Shown here in pieces: positions 15,162 through 27,396 of a stretch of DNA of 51,856 nucleotides. The position numbers and the translations under genes were made by a program. The DNA is taken from the NCBI GenBank assembly GCA_002104905.1, contig MCFE01000626.1, positions 1 through 51,856 on the forward strand. The letters are read 5' to 3'. Position 1 is the stretch's first letter, and every line of letters starts with the position of its first letter. The DNA comes from Basidiobolus meristosporus CBS 931.73. Taxonomy: Eukaryota > Fungi > Basidiobolomycota. The notes beneath the pieces were generated by a model. It did no database searches and was not told the origin of the DNA. It saw nothing but the letters and a program-made list of their open reading frames with translations.

Positions 15162-15374
15162 TTTAGAAGGGAGTACGGAATTGATGGTATTTCGTAAAAC
15201 CAAATATCAATGCCCACAAATGATCGGATTTTTTTCTTAGGTGGGCATTCAGTCAGATGACCATGCCCTGAGGATCATTCCATCTCAACCCAAATCAACG
15301 ACGCAGAAGACGCCTTGGTGATTTGATAAACAAGAGTACTTCGTGAAAATCCATCATTTACACAGGGGATATTT

Positions 15375-16913
15375 ATGAGAAAAGTGGGGCATAGACAGCT
15401 TGGCGTTTCCGAAGCACGGAAGCGTAGGATTGAATCGCTGAAGTCCAGATATCAAGCAGGGTATCCGCTTTTCTTCTTCTCAACTCGTACTTTATTTCAA
15501 CCTAGTGAGGTCAAAGATGGTGAGCCCAAGACGGTTCCTTTCGCCACGAGCCCGATTGGAACTGTCGTCTCGCAGACCGTGACCACCGGGGAAAAACTCG
15601 AGGATTGCTCCACAACCGATGAATCCTCTTCAGATTCTAGCCAACCTCCACGCACCACTAGCGACTACAAAACCACTCCTCAACACACCTTTAAACAGAC
15701 CCCACAACTGAATGAGTCAACAGCCAAGATTGGTAAATATTATGCACCATATTCGAATAGCTGCTGATATAAGGCTCACACAATCAAAAGGCACACGATT
15801 CTTGATTAATACATATAGGTCTAAAAAACATTCCCTCTCGCCGAAGGTTCGTTGAAGTGTATTATCAGTGCTTGAGTGATGCGTACTTAAGATCCTTTCC
15901 CATCAGGCTACGAGGAAATACAACACTGAGGCCTTATCCCCAACAGCCAGGGAAAAGAAGAAAAATCCCGTGCCTCCCAGTAGTTCACCTCTTCGTAGAG
16001 TCCCACCAACCTCAACGAAACAAGAATATCTTGTCAGCGAAACAGCAACCTCGGTCAGGGAGAAAACCACCCCGAAGACGCTCGCCGAAATCTCACTCCT
16101 GAACGACAGTAATTCTCAGGGAAGCGACATGTTCCTCGGCTCACCAGACTCCCATTTCCCACGCACAACCACCCCAACGTTTAGCGCCGCCCAACTGGGC
16201 AATGTCGACGAAGCGGTCAAGTCAATTGAGGAATTCTTACAGAAGGATGTGGAGCTCTTCCCAGAGTTTGAACTGGGGACTAATTTGTTGACTGACGAAA
16301 TGCATCTAAAAAGTTTGCTATCCCGACGACTCTCACAGACAGAAACCAACGAAAGCCCGTGCTAACGATATTCCAAGTATGATTGCACTCCCAATCGCTT
16401 ATGAGAGCGACCCTCTACCAAAGGAAGCACGACGATTTGGAAGGCTCCAGGTAGTATCTGACATGCATAGAAGCCACCACCAGCAATATGCATGTAGAAC
16501 GAGAAGAAAATTGGCCTGGTTAGAACTCAACCTGGTCCCGAATGTTGTATTGTATCAATTATGACCTTAACCGACATAGAGTGCAGCTAGCTGAGTGGAG
16601 CAATAAAATCGAGGCGCATACATGAAATAACCATCTACATCAGTTGGGAATTGTGGCATAAAGTGGGTTTCATTCTCGTAGCGCGACAATCCGGACCTGA
16701 AACAAACCCTTTCCAAGAAGTCAGCAGAGGAAGCAAGCCTCGCCATGGGACTACTCTGGCGGATTATGGGTATATGGTGAGTATATGCTTTCCCAGGCAT
16801 GAGAATCGGTGACCTCATCTGATCCCGATCCCTGATCCACCATTGGCCAGGTGTGGCGGCCGCAAGCGAGGACATACAATGAATTCATTGAGGTTTCAGG
16901 AGGTTACAGATGA
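15375..16913 (+). CDS. Hypothetical multi-exon protein, S/T/P-rich, no recognised domain; 3' structure uncertain
   Basis: ATG at 15375 divergent from NKAP; several intron-like segments; open exons such as 15970-16365; CpG-rich like neighbouring genes. Confidence 0.45.
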
Positions 16914-17343
16914 TGGATTGTGGGGAGCTGGAGAATCCATAATTAGACCAATCCTAGGCAGCGCCACTCACAACTGAACCCACCTCGCCCAAAGAATCCG
17001 GAGATCCAATTCGCCCGATTGTTTATATTTTGAGCAGAAGACTGGTGGCCCCATTGAGAACTCGGATTGTTTACGCAGCGCCCGTATCGGTAGTTGATTG
17101 TGACGAATAGGAGGGGGTATTCTGGAATCAAAGACGAGAAAAAAAAAATCCACCTGACTGATATTAAATTTTGGACTCAACCTCCCCCACACCATTTGAT
17201 TACGAATACTTATTGTACGAAATTAACGATTGTTCAGATCTCGCAATTATCCTCATTTTCAACAAAAGGATTTTTTGTCTCCATTTCCTTCTTTCCCTTT
17301 ACCATCTCACGTCTCTTCCCCTCGCCCACCCACCACATTGCGG

Positions 17344-20300
17344 ATGATACGGGAACAGCACAAATACTGCAGTGAAATACTGAAGGCCTTGAAGAGACAC
17401 CCAGATGCTGGCCATTTTTTGGAGCCAGTCGACCCGGTCAAGCTCAATGTTCCCGATTACCCCGACATCATTCGAAACCCAATGGACCTGAAGACGATGG
17501 AAAAAAAGTTGAATGATTGCAAATACGACATAGCAGAGGAATTTATCGCGGACATGCGGCTGATATTCGACAACTGTTATCTGTACAACGGCAAAGACTC
17601 TATTGTTGGCACCTTTGCCCAGAATTTGGAACGGGTGTTCAACAATCGACTGAAGAAGATGCCGCAAGGCGTAAGTCTTATTGCTTAATTCTCAACGTTG
17701 TTCGAATTTTATTTATGTCCATTAAATATAAAGCGCACAATGACCCCCCTCCTCGACGATCCCCTTCCCAAAACCAAACCCAAGGTACACGCTCTTTTCC
17801 TCCCCCACTTTCACCTTCAGCATCCAGCTAACGCGATCGTCACCAGTCAGCCAGAAGGGACTCGGTAGAGCCCAAGCATACGCGGGACACTTCTGCAGCA
17901 CGAGATGCACGTCGTGGTAGCAACGCATCTTCACATTCGAAGCGAAAAGTCAAACGTTCCCTCCCGGATGTTCATTATAAATTCTGCCTATCGATTGTCA
18001 AGGAGTTTCACAAAAAGCGCCACGTCAACTATGCCTACCCTTTCTTGGAGCCGGTGGATTGGAAGGCGATGAATCTGCCAGACTATCCGACCATCATCAA
18101 GAATCCGATGGATCTTTCAACGATAAAGAAGAACCTCGAGAGCGGGGTCTATCACAACATCAACGACTTTGAGAAGGATTTTCGGCTGATGCTCGAGAAT
18201 TGTTATACCTACAATCCAGTGAATAATCCAGTGTACAATATGGGGAAAAGTGTGGAGAAGGTTTTCGACTCGATGTGGGCTCACAGACCCCCCTTGCCTC
18301 CACCATCTCCTAAAGAGCCATCACCGGAGCCACCGAAAATCGAATCGGAGGAGTCATCTAGTGAAGGTTTGTCTAAGATTTCATGTTTATCGGCCAAGGC
18401 GCCAACTCTCGCTCAGCTCTCTAACACCCAATCGAAGCAGACAAGGATACCCGAACCCAGCAGATCGCAGAGATGCAGCGTCATATCGAATTCATGACGA
18501 AGCAACTAGCTTCTATGAAGGATGCAGCCAAAGATAAAAAGAAAGAGAAGAAGCCCAAGTCTTCCAGGGCCAAATCCAACTCGCTAAGCAGTCGCAAGTC
18601 CAGCACATCCTCGTCTAAGGAGACCCGAAAGAGAGCGGTTTCGGATTACACCAGTGACGAGGAAGAAATTCCCGCCATGACTTTTGAACAAAAGCAGGAG
18701 CTTAGTGACAACATCAACTTGCTTTCCAGCGACAAACTTGATGTTGTGATCGGCCTGATTCGAAGCAGTATGCCTGAGCTTAATGAGGTGGGTTGCTGGT
18801 GTCCGTAGGGTATTTGACCGCAAGCTTACGTGAGGTATTTTCCAACAGGGGGATCAAGACGAGATCGAATTAGATATTGACGCTTTAGACCGGGTTACAC
18901 TTCACAAGATATACAAGTTTGTTAAGAGCAACACCGAGCCTAAGCGCAGTAAGCACATTAGCAAAGCGTCCAAGCAAGAGCACCTAGGTGGGAAGCGTAA
19001 ACGAAGTAAGGCCATTTCTCTGTACCACTGCGTATAGACCATGATGCTTATTCTATCCATCGAAACAGGATCCATCCCTGATGAATCCTCGTCGAGTAGC
19101 AGTGGCAGCAGCAGTGGTAGCGACTCCGACTCCTCCTCCAGCTCTTCTGGCTCAGGTATGTCACCGGGTTGATTACCAACAGTCCACCCAGTCCAGCATC
19201 TAACCGTCACTTTGGAGACAGACTCGGAAAGCAGCCCCATTCCACCGCGCAAGGTTTGACCTCTATCATTGGAATACATCCAGCCAACGAGAGTAACCTT
19301 TGTTGCCAAATAGCGTAGTTCCCTGGCTCGGCCCCGCTCCCCTATCGATCCAAACCGCAGGACCAAGGATGGTGAGTAGGAGCACTTTGAAAGCAGCCGA
19401 GGCTATCGTCTAATCGTGGATTTATTCGAAGTTAAATATTCTGATCAAACAGTGCCCTCCGGGAACAAGATCTCATTTGATGCCGTACCCATCGACACGC
19501 TAGGCCTCGACATCCAGATCCCAAAGCGAAGCAAGCAAGCGGCCAAAGCTCCCCCGTCAGATAATGCAGTAAGTCCGCCAATTGCGACGTGTCACTTTTG
19601 ATCGGCCACTAAATCTTGTCGTCCGATCAGGTGAAGATCCAGAACGGCGATCGGTGGGCAGCATTGGTAAGGGACGCCGAGTCCACCAAGTCGGAGAGTG
19701 AAGACAAAGCCGTCGATCCAATCTGGGCCAAGTATAACTCCGAACTGAAGGCCAAACGCGAGCAGGTAGACTGGCCCACTGTTGTATGCCCTTCCAAGGA
19801 GTCTTTTTTTAATCGGACTATTCAAATAGCACGACAAGATCCGTGCGGAGGTCCTTGCCAAGGAGAAATACCAGCGAGAGGAGCTCGAAAGGCAGAAGAG
19901 GCTGGCCCAGCAACAAAGAGAAGAGGAGGCCAAGCGGATGAGGGCGGAGAGGCTCCAGATGGAGGAGCGGCGCAGAGTCGTCGAAAAAGAGCGAAGCAAA
20001 AAGCGAGAGCAAGCCAGATTGCAGCGACAGGCTGATGCGGTACGCGATGCGATTCGATTTCGTGGCCCACCGCCTCCCACGGACTAACCTTGTTTTCGTC
20101 AACAGAAGCATTCGATTGACCTCACCCACCAGGCTTTGGTCATGGCGGCGTTCGAACGCGATCTCTTCAAAGACCGGGAAGCGCGGGAGCGAGAGCGGGT
20201 TCGGTTCATGAAGCTGATGACTCCAACCTCGCCCACCGCTGCCTCCCCGAGTTCATCGCACGCGGAGTCCCCGCTTCCCCCGTTGACTCCCCAGTCACAC

Positions 20301-20363
20301 AGTGGCCATTCGCACCCGGAGAGCGAGGATGGCGAGATAGTAGAGCCGGCGCGACACCAATAA
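17344..20363 (+). CDS. BDF1: BET-family protein: two bromodomains, ET domain, long BRD4-like C-terminal extension
   Basis: FLEPVDPVKLNVPDYPDIIRNPMDL and FLEPVDWKAMNLPDYPTIIKNPMDL; ET domain MTFEQKQELSDNINLL...EIELDIDAL; exons can be joined in frame to the TAA at 20361-20363. Confidence 0.92.
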
Positions 20364-20879
20364 TATCTATACCTTGCATGCTGTATATTTCTTTCATTTA
20401 GTCGATCAAGTGTATTTTACATTCCGAACGGAGCGGTAAGCCGCGGATGTTGTGAAATCGAACGAGCTAGCTAGCGAGCGAACAGGAGAGCAACTCGCGT
20501 GCGCAAGTCGGTCAATCATGTCCAAATAAGCTATACGCAGTGCCAAGTGGGAATCCCATCTTAACACACTTGCTGCTCAGTGGGGAGATCCCCTGCCCCT
20601 CTTACTCCCCTTCTTCCCACTCCCGTGGTGAATAGACATCTCACGGGACGGCCTCTCCCCCCCCCTCCTTTCCCATATAATCTTGGTTCTTTGGAGTTGA
20701 TTCCCACTTCAATAAACAAACGAATATGTACAAACTCAGATGGACGAAAGCGTGCAGCGATTCAAGATTTGACTCTGGGAGAGTTTAATGGCTTTGATAG
20801 GGGGATTCGGTGGGTAGTGTGAATAGGCGTATTATATGTTCGGGGTGGTGATAAGGTGGAGTGGAGGGTTAGGCTTGGG

Positions 20880-21827
20880 TTAGGATTTTGCCACCTTGAT
20901 CTGGAACGAGCCTAGAGGTAATCGAGTGAGTCCAATTGGTTCATTAACGAGGGAAGGGAAGAGCCAAAGCGCTCGCATGGCTTGCTTACAAACGGGCAGG
21001 CTGGATGTTTCGGCCACGACCACGCTGGGCACACCTAGATTCGCCAACGCACCGCGGATCAGGCCGCACGGAAACCACACGAACTGGATCGCATCGGTTA
21101 GTGGGGGATGATGGGGAACGATGGTGGATTTCGCCGGGGGGGGACTTACCGGGATCGCCTTTCGGGCGGCGTCAGCCCCGCCGGTCTCGGTGGACATCCG
21201 GGTGAACCAGCGGAACTGGTTATCTTGCAGCACGTAGACTCCCTAAGGGCGCGTGGGTAACGAGGAAGGGGTTAGGGGGGAAGTTGAGTGTTTGTGAAGA
21301 GCGAGAGGGGCTTACCCGGTGGTTGGTCTTCAGGTTGTCGATCTGCTTGCCAAACACCACGGTCCAGAGGTCCTTACAGATGAACTTCACCACCTCCAGG
21401 TTGTCCACAAACCGCGGTCGCTCCTTGGTGAACCTGCGGAAGGAAACGAAAGGTAAGGTAAGGTAAGGTAAGGTAAGGTAAGGTAAGGAAAGGAAAGGAA
21501 AGGTAAGGCAAGGTAGAGGAAGAGAAGGAAAAGTGCAGCTGGGAGAGAGCCCCATTCGGAGAGGGAAACCGGACGCTGTGCCACACCCGAAACTCACCTT
21601 TCCACCAAGGCTTGTCCGACTCGATATCCAAGCTGTTCCAATTTGTAATACACGGACTCCTTGTCGGTTTCGGAGTTGGTGGTGGTCCGGAACATCAGAT
21701 CGACCATCTCGATGATGAGAAGATCCAGGGCGCTGGAGTTCACCTGTTTCTTCTGTCGGCCGGTGTCATCGAGGCTTAGCTGTTGGAAGAGGGTGAGTGC
21801 TGATGCGGCGTTGGGCAGGAAGGACAT
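20880..21827 (-). CDS. TRS33: TRAPP complex subunit Trs33/TRAPPC6
   Basis: [17 protein letters not shown]; [33 protein letters not shown]; [14 protein letters not shown]. Confidence 0.93.
21448..21515. repeat. (AAGGT)n/(AAGGA)n pentanucleotide microsatellite in a TRS33 intron
   Basis: About 13 consecutive 5-mers seen directly. Confidence 0.95.
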
Positions 21828-22000
21828 CTTCGGAAGGGCAACTGGGTCTCTCTTCAGGGATGGATTCAACTCGGTCTAGTCAAAAGGGGGGAAGGGAATG
21901 TCCATCAGCCAGGAAATCATGGCGTGGCTGCGAATGTCCGATGATTGATTGCATTTCGATCGTGGTAGAATAATCAGGAATTTAGGCTTCGGTCAGGAAA

Positions 22001-22039
22001 GGGAATATGAATGGGAATATGAATGGGAATATGAATGGG
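22001..22039. repeat. 12-bp tandem repeat (GGGAATATGAAT) x3 in the TRS33/POS5 divergent promoter
   Basis: Seen directly. Confidence 0.9.
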
Positions 22040-22124
22040 TGTGAATATCTGTCAAAGTCTGTGCTTGGTCACTTCGCCGATATACCGCCACTGCATTTTA
22101 CTCCCTCACCCCACCTCGCACGAA

Positions 22125-24001
22125 ATGCTGCCCCTCTCCATTAACGAAGTCTCGCTCCTTCGAAAGCTGTTCGCGTCTTCTGGTGGCTTCATTCGCTCTC
22201 GTCGGTTCACCTCCAAGTTGGCCACCACCTCGGTCCTACCAAACAAGGTTGCCTCCCGTCGACAGCCGCTCCCTGCAGGTGGGTCGCTAATCCTTCCTAA
22301 TCCGGGTACGTTCGAGCCTCCACTCACCGAGATCTATTTCAGGCGGAAAGGCCGAAGCCAGCCCCGTCCCGTCTCCAGGGTTCGTACTCACAGGAGAACC
22401 TAGTTTGTGAACGTTCGAGTAACTTATCCCACCCCGCAAACGTCTCTAGTAGGTGCAGTAGGTTGGTCTGGGATAGACAGCCGCGTACCGTGCTCCTGGT
22501 GAAAAAACCGAACGACCCAAGGACCGAGCAGAAACTATCGGAGACCGTAAGGTAAGAGTGCACCGGCGTCCACGTCTTACCGTGCTGATTGGTGCCAATC
22601 ATATGGTTACTCGAAGGTGGATTCACGAGAGGCACCCGGAGATGAATATCGTACTCGAGCCGTCGGTGGCTCGCCGGGTGCAGAAGGATTTTCCGTACGT
22701 CTACGTGGTTCCTGAGGGTAAGTCGATTGGGCGGGGCGGGCGTGGCGTTGGCGAAGCACCGCTAATCTGTTCACTAATGAACCAGGGGACCTCGGGGAAT
22801 ACGAACGTACAGTAGACTTTGTGGTGACCCTGGGCGGGGACGGAACCATCATGCACGTGTCGACTTTGTTTGGTGGCCCTGCGCCGCCGGTCCTTTCGTT
22901 CTCCATGGGGACGCTGGGATTCTTGATCCGACATCGTATCCTACCCTTGCGCTCGCATAGTGCTCGTTGTTGCTGTTGTGGCGTTAACCGTAACTCTACC
23001 CTGCAGATATCCAGGATTTCGAGCAGGCGTTCGATCGAATGCTCCATGGCAAGGTCTCCCTGCTGGATAGGATGCGACTCGTGTGCTCCATATACAGGGC
23101 CGAGGGGGAGCGTATGGTCTGGAAAAAGACCGCCACCAGTCAGTTGGTTGATTCCCATTTGCCTGGCCATTGGCTAACCTTAGCTTGCGCTTGTAGAGGA
23201 CATGCTTGCGATGAACGAGATCAACGTCCACCGTGGACGCTCGCCTCACCTGGCTAGATTGGATGTACAGGTCAACGGGCACGACCTGACGACCGGATTG
23301 GTAAGTGCACATTCACCATCTTGGTCTCCTTCCTAGCTAATCTAGGTTGCTTTCGCGCGTGTAGTCGGATGGGTAACTATCCATCAGCGCATACCACTCT
23401 GCCCCACCCCTTACCTCTTCCCTCTAGCCTGTTGATAGCCACCCCCACCGGATCCACTGCCTATTCCCTATCCGCCGGTATCTGCCCTTTCTTCCTATTC
23501 CCTGGACAATGAATCGTACACCAATGCTGACGCTAATGCTTGTTAGGGGGAGCGATCGTACACCCCGCGGTCCAGACCCTATTGCTCACCCCAGTCTGTC
23601 CGCGGTCTCTCTCCTTTAGGCCGGTTCTTTTCCCGATAGACACATCGCTAAGACTCAAGGTAACCCCACTGGACTCAATGATGATCCCCCACCCGGTTAA
23701 CGCTCGCCTAGCTTTCCACAGGCAGTCGAGGTCGGGCGGATGTCTCGATCGATGGACGGGTGATATGTGTACTGCCTAAAGGGGGATACGTGGAGGTAGG
23801 TATAGCAGGACTACCCAGGCCTTCCCTGTCACCACTAACCGCTTTTCCCACCCAAAGGTCCGAGCCTCTCAGTACCCGCTGCCGTGTGTCAACAACCCCC
23901 TAGAAGGGAACGCTTGGGTCCGGGACATCAACCAACTGCTGAAATGGAACCAAGGGTTCGCCACCAAAACCAGCGTGCTGGAAAACCATAGAGCCCAATA
24001 A
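22125..24001 (+). CDS. POS5: NAD(H) kinase, Pos5-type (probably mitochondrial), multi-exon
   Basis: VTLGGDGT, FSMGTLGFL, NE..VHRG, LIATPTGSTAYSLSAGG, TPVCPRSLSFRP; Arg/Ser-rich, acid-poor N-terminus resembles a presequence. Confidence 0.85.
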
Positions 24002-24067
24002 ACGAGTTTCAAAGAACTATACACGTGTCACTTTATCTGATTTCTATATACTGAATACACTGTATCT

Positions 24068-25636
24068 CTACTGGGTCTTGGCAGATGCCTTGCGGGAGAG
24101 CAAGGCGGCGATAGGCTGGTCGTCTTCGTCGTCCGATGCGTCGTTCGACTTGGTCGAGCTGGGCGTGCGACGAGTCAACCCTGTGGATCGGGACGGGTAG
24201 TTCCATCCCGACACGTAATCATCGTCATGATCGTCCATGGTCTCCTCGTTGGGATCTATTAGGGATTTGCTTTCTTCCGAGTCGGTCTCGTAATCGGACT
24301 CCCTACTGTTCAGAGCCGAGGTTTCGCCGTGCTTGAAGTGCTCGCTGGGTACCTGAAGCCATGGGACACCAAGTCTTGGTCCCTCCGGCCCCGGCTCGGC
24401 AATGCTGGTGGTGATGTGCTTGGAACGAGATTGTTTCTTGGCAAGAAGGTACTCTGGAGGTGGCCAGATAACGGGGGTAGCTAGAGAGAGAATTAGTACC
24501 AGACGGGGGCGAATTCGAGGCAAGAGTTGCAATACCAAGTCCTTTCGCAACCGGATACATCAGACCATCCCCAGGAGCCTTCTGGGGCCACATCCAGAGC
24601 AGGATGTTTCGACCCAGCACCTCTCTGATGTTCTCCAACACTCCGAGATCGTACGGGAACTTCACCTAAACTCCGATTCGGTAAGTATGTGCAGTCGGCA
24701 GGGGAAAAAGCCGCGAATACCCTTGAGATCTGCTTTCTTTCGACCATCTCGTCGATCTTCTCGTTTTCCAGGTACTCGATGTTGGTGACGTTCAGGATCA
24801 GGCTCCAGAGTTGGTAGATGCTCAGGCCTAGAACGCACAGGAATATGACCATGTCCAACAGAAATGCCGAGAATAGGACGGCCAGCTCGAAGTTGGAGGG
24901 TGTGTTCTCGTCCCAGAGCTTGTTGAGGAACAAAGGTGGATGAGTGATCCAATTCTGGTGACAAGGAGCTGAAAACCCCCCACTTACTCTGTTGTGGATG
25001 GAATCATCGTAGATCTGGAATCCGCGTCCAAACAAAACGTATAGCGCGTAGAAGGTGGCTATATCGACATAGGCCAGGAAGCGAACGAAATGGGGGTAGT
25101 TGAAGTGGCCCACACAATTGTTGAGCCAGGCACCTAAGCGTGAGAAAATTAGAGCGTGCCTGCTGAAAGCCGTCTGTGCATACTTACAATGATGATCCAT
25201 CTTCAAAACACAGCTAGAAAAGAAAGCATGTTCAGCTTGATAGACTCTAACGCCTTGCCTACACTACTACAAAAACGAACCGATTGCAAGCGCTGCAGTG
25301 ATGCGCCCGGGGTGGCTTGTACACGCTGCAGGTACGACAGAACCTTGGGGACTCTACGTTACTCTTCTTCACCTCAATGACCGTCACCTCCCCTTCCAGC
25401 TGGGGTGTCCATTCCCAAGGAACCTTTCCTGGATCGGTTGTGATGGCCAGATAGTAATTGACACAGAGCAGAGCCAAAATGATATTGAAGATAACCAGAT
25501 GTCTCACGGGGTTGTTGAAGTACGGAAGAATCCCGTAAACCTGAACCGAAATCCCGATGAAGGAGATGGCGAATACTACCAATAACACGATGGTATGCGA
25601 CCACTTAAACTGATAGGGTTTTTTGTTGGTGAACAT
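24068..25636 (-). CDS. PFA4: DHHC palmitoyltransferase Pfa4/ZDHHC6
   Basis: TDPG, RFCRTC..YKPPRAHHCSAC, KMDHHC/AWLNNCVGHFNYPHFVRFL, NVTNIE, FPYDLG..EN. Confidence 0.9.
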
Positions 25637-25772
25637 GGCTGTAGAAACCAGCAGTATAAGTTACTGTAATCAGAAGGGTTGGCGGCAACATGCGATACAA
25701 CTGGGTTCTGAATCAATGATCTGGAAATGATCTGAGAATATTCCTCATCCCATAATCAGAATAGACTATAAA

Positions 25773-26140
25773 ATGGTTGGCCTATTCTACGGTATCATTG
25801 TTCTTACCAACTTGTTGGCAGCGGCCGAAAATACCCTCTTTGAGGGCCTATAATGATCGCGCTATTTTGCTCCCAAGTTGCAGATGGTAAAGTCCCGTGT
25901 TATCTGCTGCGTGAAAAACGTCCTCTAACGTTCTTGCAGTTCGTCTTATCGGGAATATCTTATTACTTTACAAATTCAAAACCAAATCTATATATCATCG
26001 ATTTCTGACCTAACAATCAAGTGAACCAAGCCTATGGCAGGTTGCTCGCAATGGAGCTACATACGTGTTGACTACGTTGTAGTAGTTGAGTGTACGGTGT
26101 GAGAGTAAAAATCAACCAGTGTGACGTAATAAATAAATAT
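25773..26140 (+). other. Possible small spliced gene, or upstream ORF / UTR intron of PAC2
   Basis: AAAATGG start context at 25773; canonical-looking 53-nt intron 25887-25939; AATAAATAAA near 26128; peptide not recognised. Confidence 0.3.
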
Positions 26141-26195
26141 CAAATAGCTCATAAATTCGGTTCTGTGTGGGTTCGAAGTCTTTGTGTTAAGTGAA

Positions 26196-27334
26196 ATGAA
26201 TACCTTCCAGCCACTAGAGAAATTTGCTTTTTCGCAATTGCACGGTAGCACCTTGCTTTTGGTACATGTTCAGCGGTCGTTCCATTCTCCCGATTGATAT
26301 TAACCTTGGATCCTTAGCCTTCGGTCTCTATCGGAAATGTACCCCAATTAACTCTCGATCTACTTATTTCGACCCTTGGCCTGCAGAAAGTGGGCTTCCT
26401 GGACGACGCCTGTGTCCACCAGATCGCAGGCAGTAACGCATTCGGTCAGAGCACTGGAATCACCGTCTCGTTGGAGGGTACTTTTCTCTTATTATGAACG
26501 CTTGTTGGATCAAGCTTACCTACTCTGTACAGTGTTTCAAACCAAGGACCAACAATGGACCCTAGTGCAACAGAGAGCCCCAGCTTTTAAAGTACTTCTT
26601 CACGCATGCTATCAGCACGTACAACAGCGACTGATCTGTCGTTTTTAGAAAAAGTGGCACCAATTCGCCCGCAACTTGGTGGAGTTCATCAAGGCGGCTC
26701 AGTTCAAGCAAGTGATATTGCTTTCCGGCTTTGATTCCTTTGGCAGAACGGAGGTCCAACTTCAAGGGTACTGGGCATCCCTTTTCTAGGCCTTGCTGGT
26801 GTACTCGATTCACGAACACTTTCTGTTTTTACATATAGCCCGCCCCTTCGCTACCTAGCCACCCCCACCTTTCCCGAAGAGATTGTTCAACGCCTGACAC
26901 AACTAGGTATTGGCGAATTCGAGCGTACTCACGTTAATCGCCATGGCGAGGTGATACACGACGACGAAAAGACCCCATATATCCCAGGGGGAGGAATGAC
27001 CAAATACTTCTTGTCCGAATGCCAAGCAAACGAGATTCCCCTCATGGTGGTTCTTGTCTTCTCCACCGAAGGAGGTAAGCACCTCCCCCCCTTGTCACTT
27101 AAGAACCCCCGTAACAAACCCATCTTTACGTCAGACAACATTCCGGACGGGATTTTGCTTGCCAATTTGCTGAATTCGCTGTTTCAACTACTGCCACCCG
27201 AAGGTAACTTCAAGGATTGGCTTGCCGACCTCATGTCCAGCTCACTAACGCTTCACCCAGGTGCCCAATGGACGCCGCCAGTTAGTTGGGAACACCTCTA
27301 CGGAACCCAAACACAGCAAATATTGTATGATTAA
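26196..27334 (+). CDS. PSMG2: Proteasome assembly chaperone 2 (PAC2/PSMG2)
   Basis: STLLLPSVSIGNVPQLTLDLLIST; IPGGGMT; FSTEGDNIPDG; WTPPVSWEHLYG. Confidence 0.9.
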
Positions 27335-27396
27335 GCGTTCATTTCAGTATGTAATATTGGCTCGGAAGAAATGCTCGGTTGAAATAAAAATCCCGT

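Noticed and set aside
16567-17195. Minus-strand ORFs (102, 62 and 75 aa) between the orphan gene and BDF1
   Set aside because: I could not join them into a stop-free spliced frame; splice signals favour the plus strand
19006-19037. Intron retention after the ET domain would give a short BET isoform like BRD4-S
   Set aside because: Almost any retained intron contains a stop; there is no independent evidence
20364-20879. Relatively long convergent intergenic region with small hairpins (e.g. CCCGTG...CACGGG), possible ncRNA or SECIS
   Set aside because: Stems are short, there is no snRNA/snoRNA/SECIS signature, and no in-frame TGA candidate in the flanking genes
25773-25853. MVGLFYGIIVLTNLL... 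faintly resembles the Yos1 N-terminus
   Set aside because: Stops after 26 codons and lacks the conserved EDRFL/EERFL core
25954-26026. Possible AT-AC intron starting ATATCTTA
   Set aside because: Deviates from the ATATCCTT consensus and yields no recognisable peptide
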